Of a DNA stretch of 10,457 bases, positions 6,987 through 10,457 are shown piece after piece. Each line of letters starts with the position of its first letter. Position 1 is the stretch's first letter. The position numbers were made by a program, and so were the translations under genes. The notes beneath the pieces were generated by a model. It ran no database searches. It worked only from the letters and a program-made list of their open reading frames with translations, and was not told the DNA's origin. This DNA comes from Halobacteriaceae archaeon (GTDB taxonomy: Archaea; Halobacteriota; Halobacteria; Halobacteriales; Halobacteriaceae): NCBI GenBank assembly GCA_042216675.1, contig JBDGTS010000054.1, positions 32,158-42,614 of the forward strand. The letters run 5' to 3'.

Positions 6987-7483
6987 GGCGCCGCCACGGC
7001 GAGCCCCGCCGTGAGACCGCTCACGACGGCCCAGCCGACGGCGTTCCACCACGGCACCCCCAGCACGTCCGGGCCGGGGAGCGCGTCGGTGTAGGTCCAC
7101 CAGCCGGCCGCCACTCCTCGGTGGTCGGTGAGCGCGTCGGCCGTCGTCGCGAGTGCGCTCGCGCCCGCCACGGCCGCCCAGCCGTCGGTCACGAGGAGCG
7201 CCACCCTGAGCGCGCCGTAGACGGTGCTGGTCCAGCCGAGCAGGGCGTAGAGCGGCACGCCCGCCACTTTTGGACCGACGTGGTGAACGAGCCAGCCCCG
7301 CTGGACGGCACCGAGTTCAGCGACGAAGGCCACCGCCGCGCCGCCGCCGAACAGGGCGAGCGTCGCGGCGAGCGGCCACGTCAACGCGGCGTGCGCGAGG
7401 GCGGCGAGGCCGAATACGAGCGTAGTACCGACGACGCGGTGCACGCGTCGGCCAACGTCGACCCCCGGCAAAAGCGCGCTCAT
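6983..7483 (-). CDS. carotenoid biosynthesis protein family (CruF/DUF422-like) membrane protein, short form (166 aa)
   Basis: C-terminal part of the listed 6983..8419 ORF: AFVAE, GPKVAGVPLYALLGW, DALTD, GWWTY, GVPWWNAVGW resemble CruF-type hydratase motifs; its ATG overlaps the upstream TGA (ATGA). Confidence 0.75.
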   Translation of the reverse strand: MSALLPGVDVGRRVHRVVGTTLVFGLAALAHAALTWPLAATLALFGGGAAVAFVAELGAVQRGWLVHHVGPKVAGVPLYALLGWTSTVYGALRVALLVTDGWAAVAGASALATTADALTDHRGVAAGWWTYTDALPGPDVLGVPWWNAVGWAVVSGLTAGLAVAAP

Positions 7484-8409
7484 CTCACCCGCTCCCGCAC
7501 CTCGTCGAGGCCAGCCACGGTGACGGCCGCGACGAACGCAGTGGTCCCGAGCTTCCCGCCTGCGCCGACGTAGGCGGGCGCGACGACGACGAAGACGAGC
7601 CCACAGAGCGCGCCGGCGGCGCCGACGTGCGCTTCGCGGCCGAGTCGCTCCGCCGAGGACATCCCGACGAACGACGCGCAGTAGGTGACCGCGGCCAGCG
7701 GCGGCCCCCCGGAGAGCGCCAGCGGCGCCAAGAGGCCCGCCGCGAGGCCGACGAGCGCTGAGCCCAGCACGGCGCCGAGCCGGCACCGGACGCTCAGGAC
7801 GGCGGTGACGACGGCCGCGACGGCGGCGACGGTGACGACCAGCGGTGCGACGCGCCACGACAGGGCGCCGCCGCCGGTGAACTCCACGCCCGTCGCGAGC
7901 GCCGTCGTCGCACAGCCAGCGAACGCGAGCGTCCCGAGTTTCCCGCCGACGCCCGCGAACACGCCCCGCGCCGCGACGAACGCCACCCCCGCGACGAGAC
8001 CTGCGATCAGCACTACGCCGAGGCCGGGGAACACCGCTGGCGATGCCATCCCGACGAAGGAGCCACAGTACGCCGGGGTGCCGCTCTCGACGGGATGCGC
8101 GCCGGCCGCGACGCCGACCAGCGCCGACCCGACGACCGGTCCGAGACCGGCGTGGACGCTCAGGGCGTACGCGACGACGGCCCCGACGACCACTGCCAGC
8201 ACGTCGGCGGCATCCCGCCGGTCGAGCGGCGGGGTGTCGAGCGACGACGTCCCTTCTCGCACCGCCGCCCCGCCGCCGACGAGAGCGATGCCGCCTCCGA
8301 GGCCCATCGCCGGCGCCGCGGCTTCGGGTGCGACGAGCGCGCGCATCAGCAGCGCCGCCGGCGCCACGACCAGCACCGCGTAGCCACCGCGTCGAGCCGC
8401 TCGCTGCAC
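7480..8409 (-). CDS. polytopic membrane protein with internal duplication, function unknown
   Basis: 309 aa, very hydrophobic, two copies each of GSALVG, YC[GA]SFVGM and GGKLGT; GTG start is uncertain. Confidence 0.82.
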   Translation of the reverse strand: MQRAARRGGYAVLVVAPAALLMRALVAPEAAAPAMGLGGGIALVGGGAAVREGTSSLDTPPLDRRDAADVLAVVVGAVVAYALSVHAGLGPVVGSALVGVAAGAHPVESGTPAYCGSFVGMASPAVFPGLGVVLIAGLVAGVAFVAARGVFAGVGGKLGTLAFAGCATTALATGVEFTGGGALSWRVAPLVVTVAAVAAVVTAVLSVRCRLGAVLGSALVGLAAGLLAPLALSGGPPLAAVTYCASFVGMSSAERLGREAHVGAAGALCGLVFVVVAPAYVGAGGKLGTTAFVAAVTVAGLDEVRERVR

Positions 8410-8503
8410 GACGCGTCAAAGCGGAATTTCGCGTGAAAACCTTGCGGTCCCGGTGGCCGCTCCGGTCACGGCTCCGCCACGGCCGCCGGCGGCGCTCGGC
8501 CCG

Positions 8504-8683
8504 TCACTCGTGGTGATGGGGCCACATCTCGAACTCGACGAACGCAGTCGCTCCGCACGCACCACACGACTCGGGGGCCTCGTACTCGTGGTCGCCGTCG
8601 CGGTGGTCGACCACCGTGCCGGCGTGGACGACTTGACACTCCGTGCAGACGTACTGTTCCGGATACTCTGGTGTATGTGACAC
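8504..8683 (-). CDS. small zinc-ribbon (CxxC...CxxCG) protein, about 59 aa
   Basis: YVCTEC...SCGACG motifs. TATAAG on the minus strand at about 8707-8712 lies about 27 nt upstream of GTG 8683, favouring that start over the listed 8707. Confidence 0.8.
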   Translation of the reverse strand: MSHTPEYPEQYVCTECQVVHAGTVVDHRDGDHEYEAPESCGACGATAFVEFEMWPHHHE

Positions 8684-8877
8684 ACGATACCATGGGGCGT
8701 CAGGCACTTATAGTTTACTAGCGGGGGCAAAATAGAAGTAAAGAAATGGCCGAACCGCGGTGTCACCGGTCAGCACCGCGTCAACAGGGCCGCAGCGGGC
8801 GCTCGGACCGTGGCGGCCGCCTCGCGCACCCGGGCGAGCCTGACTGGCTGATGCCAGATATGTAACATTCTAACGAC

Positions 8878-8891
8878 AAAAAATTCAAGTA
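8878..8891 (+). promoter_or_regulatory. Putative BRE/TATA promoter upstream of small ORF and HNH gene
   Basis: AAAAAATTCAAGTA in an AT-rich patch about 30 nt upstream of ATG 8921. Confidence 0.45.
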
Positions 8892-8920
8892 GCACAGCCA
8901 TCTCATGTTCCGGGGGGACC

Positions 8921-8971
8921 ATGGAGGACGCCCTCGAGAAGGCCGAGTCCCGCCTCCAGCGGTTGTCCTAG
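8921..8971 (+). CDS. possible 16-aa peptide MEDALEKAESRLQRLS
   Basis: Read directly from the sequence; G/C-ending codons throughout, sits just downstream of the promoter-like element, ends 5 nt before the HNH ATG. Confidence 0.3.
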   Translation: MEDALEKAESRLQRLS

Positions 8972-8976
8972 CACCG

Positions 8977-9675
8977 ATGGCGACTGACGGCGTCGATTCC
9001 CGTTTCGACTCGCCGGATGCGTACGGGGGGCGGTATCCTCCCGACTGGGGCGAGCGCCGTCGCGCGGTATACCGGCGAGACGACTACACCTGTCAGCGCT
9101 GTGGGGCCCAGAGTGGGCCACACGCCTCCGGTGACGGCGTTCCGCTCCACGCACACCACGTCGTCCCGCTCTCCGAAGGTGGCTCGAACCAGTTGTCGAA
9201 CCTCGTGACGCTCTGCGAGCGGTGCCACGACGAGGCACACGACCACGACGTGGCCGCCCTTGACCCCCGCGCGCCGGCCGACGTCACTCCCACACCACAC
9301 CAATCGAACTTCGTAGAGTGGCGAGTCGCGGACGCCCTCCGCGGACTCCTCTCGTGGCGGGCCGCCGGCTCCGCAGTCGGGTCGCTGCTCGCGCTCGCAG
9401 CCTACGCCTCCGCTCTCGACCGGGTCGCGTCGACTCTCGGGCAGGGGGTCATCGGCAGTCTCGCCATCGGGGTGCTGGCCCTCCTCGGCGCCGCAGTCGC
9501 AGGCGTCGTCCCACGGCTCGTTGTCCCGGGGTACGCCGTCGCTCTCGTCGCGATGGCGCTCGGTGCGGGCGCCGGCAACAGCACTCCGACGCTCCTCGTT
9601 CGCGTCGCGACGCTCGCCCCACTCGTCGCCGCTCTCGCGGGGTTGCTCGGACAGCAGTCGGCCGCCCGCGACTGA
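8977..9675 (+). CDS. HNH endonuclease with C-terminal membrane domain (232 aa)
   Basis: RDDYTCQRCG...HAHHVVPLSEGGSNQLSNLVTLCERCHDEAH is a zinc-bound HNH motif; followed by about four hydrophobic segments. ATG 8977 is preferred over the listed 8905. Confidence 0.87.
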   Translation: MATDGVDSRFDSPDAYGGRYPPDWGERRRAVYRRDDYTCQRCGAQSGPHASGDGVPLHAHHVVPLSEGGSNQLSNLVTLCERCHDEAHDHDVAALDPRAPADVTPTPHQSNFVEWRVADALRGLLSWRAAGSAVGSLLALAAYASALDRVASTLGQGVIGSLAIGVLALLGAAVAGVVPRLVVPGYAVALVAMALGAGAGNSTPTLLVRVATLAPLVAALAGLLGQQSAARD

Positions 9676-9875
9676 ATCGAGCGACGGGCGCCCTGTCTTG
9701 CCGCCCCGCGTTCGCCGCGACGAGCAGGTCCCCGGCCGCACAGGCTTCCAGCTGAGGCCGATTGCCGGGTGACGACGCACCGGACGGGATGTCGGACGTG
9801 GCGACCGGCAGTAAGCGTTCACGCTGCCCGGTCCCCGAGACTCGGTGGGTGGCCAATCGTGTCCCAGCCCCGGAG

Positions 9876-10001
9876 TCACGAACCGCGCCAGCGCGCGATG
9901 GCGCCTGCACCGACCGTCAGTGCACCGGCGATGAACGTCCCGGGAATCGGGAGCGCGAACACGACGCCACCGACTGCGAGTACGAGACTCGACGCTCTCA
10001 T
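9876..10001 (-). CDS. small membrane protein (41 aa)
   Basis: MRASSLVLAVGGVVFALPIPGTFIAGALTVGAGAIARWRGS: two short hydrophobic segments around a PIPG turn; ATG at 10001. Confidence 0.65.
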   Translation of the reverse strand: MRASSLVLAVGGVVFALPIPGTFIAGALTVGAGAIARWRGS

Positions 10002-10414
10002 CGACTGTGGGTCGGGGCGCCGGAGGGGTAGGTGTGGTGGCTCCGGGGCCGCACAGACGAGGGCGACTGAACCGTCAGCCGCCACGTCCGCGCCCTGCCG
10101 CCCGGGGCCGTCACCGCCGGTGGCCCGGGCTCACTCGACTTTCCGTCGGCTCGCCGATAGGCGGACGTGGTTCCGGTGAGAGCCGTCGTCCCGGCCCGGC
10201 GAAGAGCGAGAAGGCGGCGTCGGGAACGCGGATCCCCCGGAGACGCGTCTTTTGCTTCCTGCGAGAACGTGTCGGCTTCGTGGCACGCCACCCCGATCCG
10301 ATCCGCGAGAGTGTGACCCGAGTCGGAACGACGTTTGCCGGCTTCAGAATGCGTTCGGAACGACGGTCCCGCTCACCGGCCGGTCGTCTCTCTCACGAGT
10401 CCGCAGAAACCGGA

Positions 10415-10457
10415 TGCCGCCTCCCGGATTTGAACCGGGGACAGCTCGATCTTCAGT
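10415..10457 (-). tRNA. tRNA-Phe(GAA), 3' half, truncated by the window end
   Basis: Reverse complement ACTGAAGATCGAGCTGTCCCCGGTTCAAATCCGGGAGGCGGCA: anticodon loop with GAA (10454-10452), T-arm GGTTCAAATCC, acceptor 3' strand, discriminator A, no encoded CCA. Confidence 0.92.

Noticed and set aside
8287-8298. 12-bp match GATGCCGCCTCC to the tRNA-Phe 3' end region (10413-10424) as a possible att site
   Set aside because: It lies inside an intact membrane-protein gene, is short and GC-rich, and no integrase is present; chance is sufficient.
516-8419. Many long alternative-frame ORFs (e.g. 516..1616, 1247..2074, 1934..3043, 2836..4458, 2916..4409, 7685..8383) and long N-terminal extensions of real genes
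   Set aside because: Arg/Pro/Ala-rich or antisense shadows of well-supported genes, expected in high-GC DNA where stop codons are rare; no recognisable motifs.
1848-8683. A single sulfur/Fe-S/redox gene cluster uniting the PLP enzyme, Grx-BolA, cupin and zinc-ribbon genes
   Set aside because: Genes are on mixed strands with separate promoter-like elements and unrelated genes in between; only bolA-grx linkage is supported.
9998-10291. 97-aa minus-strand ORF and other ORFs between 9318 and 10291
   Set aside because: Basic, low-complexity translations unlike the acidic proteome, with no typical codon bias.
1-10457. CRISPR array or other regularly spaced repeat array
   Set aside because: No series of equal-length repeats with spacers was found by eye on either strand.

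Overview
GC-rich DNA with acidic proteins and archaeal-type promoters, most consistent with a haloarchaeal chromosome (inference). It is a densely packed, mostly housekeeping/stress region. In order: 3' part of a wHTH-ending gene, alpha/beta hydrolase, cold-shock protein 1, small hypothetical plus an atypical cysteine-synthase-family PLP enzyme, small membrane protein, MATE transporter, cold-shock protein 2, CGFS glutaredoxin plus BolA, hypothetical, cupin, hypothetical, a short CruF-like protein coupled to an internally duplicated membrane protein, a small zinc-ribbon protein, an HNH nuclease with a hydrophobic C-terminus, a 41-aa membrane peptide, and the 3' half of tRNA-Phe(GAA) cut by the window edge. 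No integrase, transposase or CRISPR array is seen. The best leads are a position-identical upstream motif (GTGGTACC-N11-AAGnGTTAT-N28-ATG) shared by both cold-shock genes, a membrane-tethered HNH nuclease with a 16-codon upstream ORF near tRNA-Phe, and the twofold-repeat membrane protein/CruF-like pair. I cannot establish novelty for any of these without database searches.
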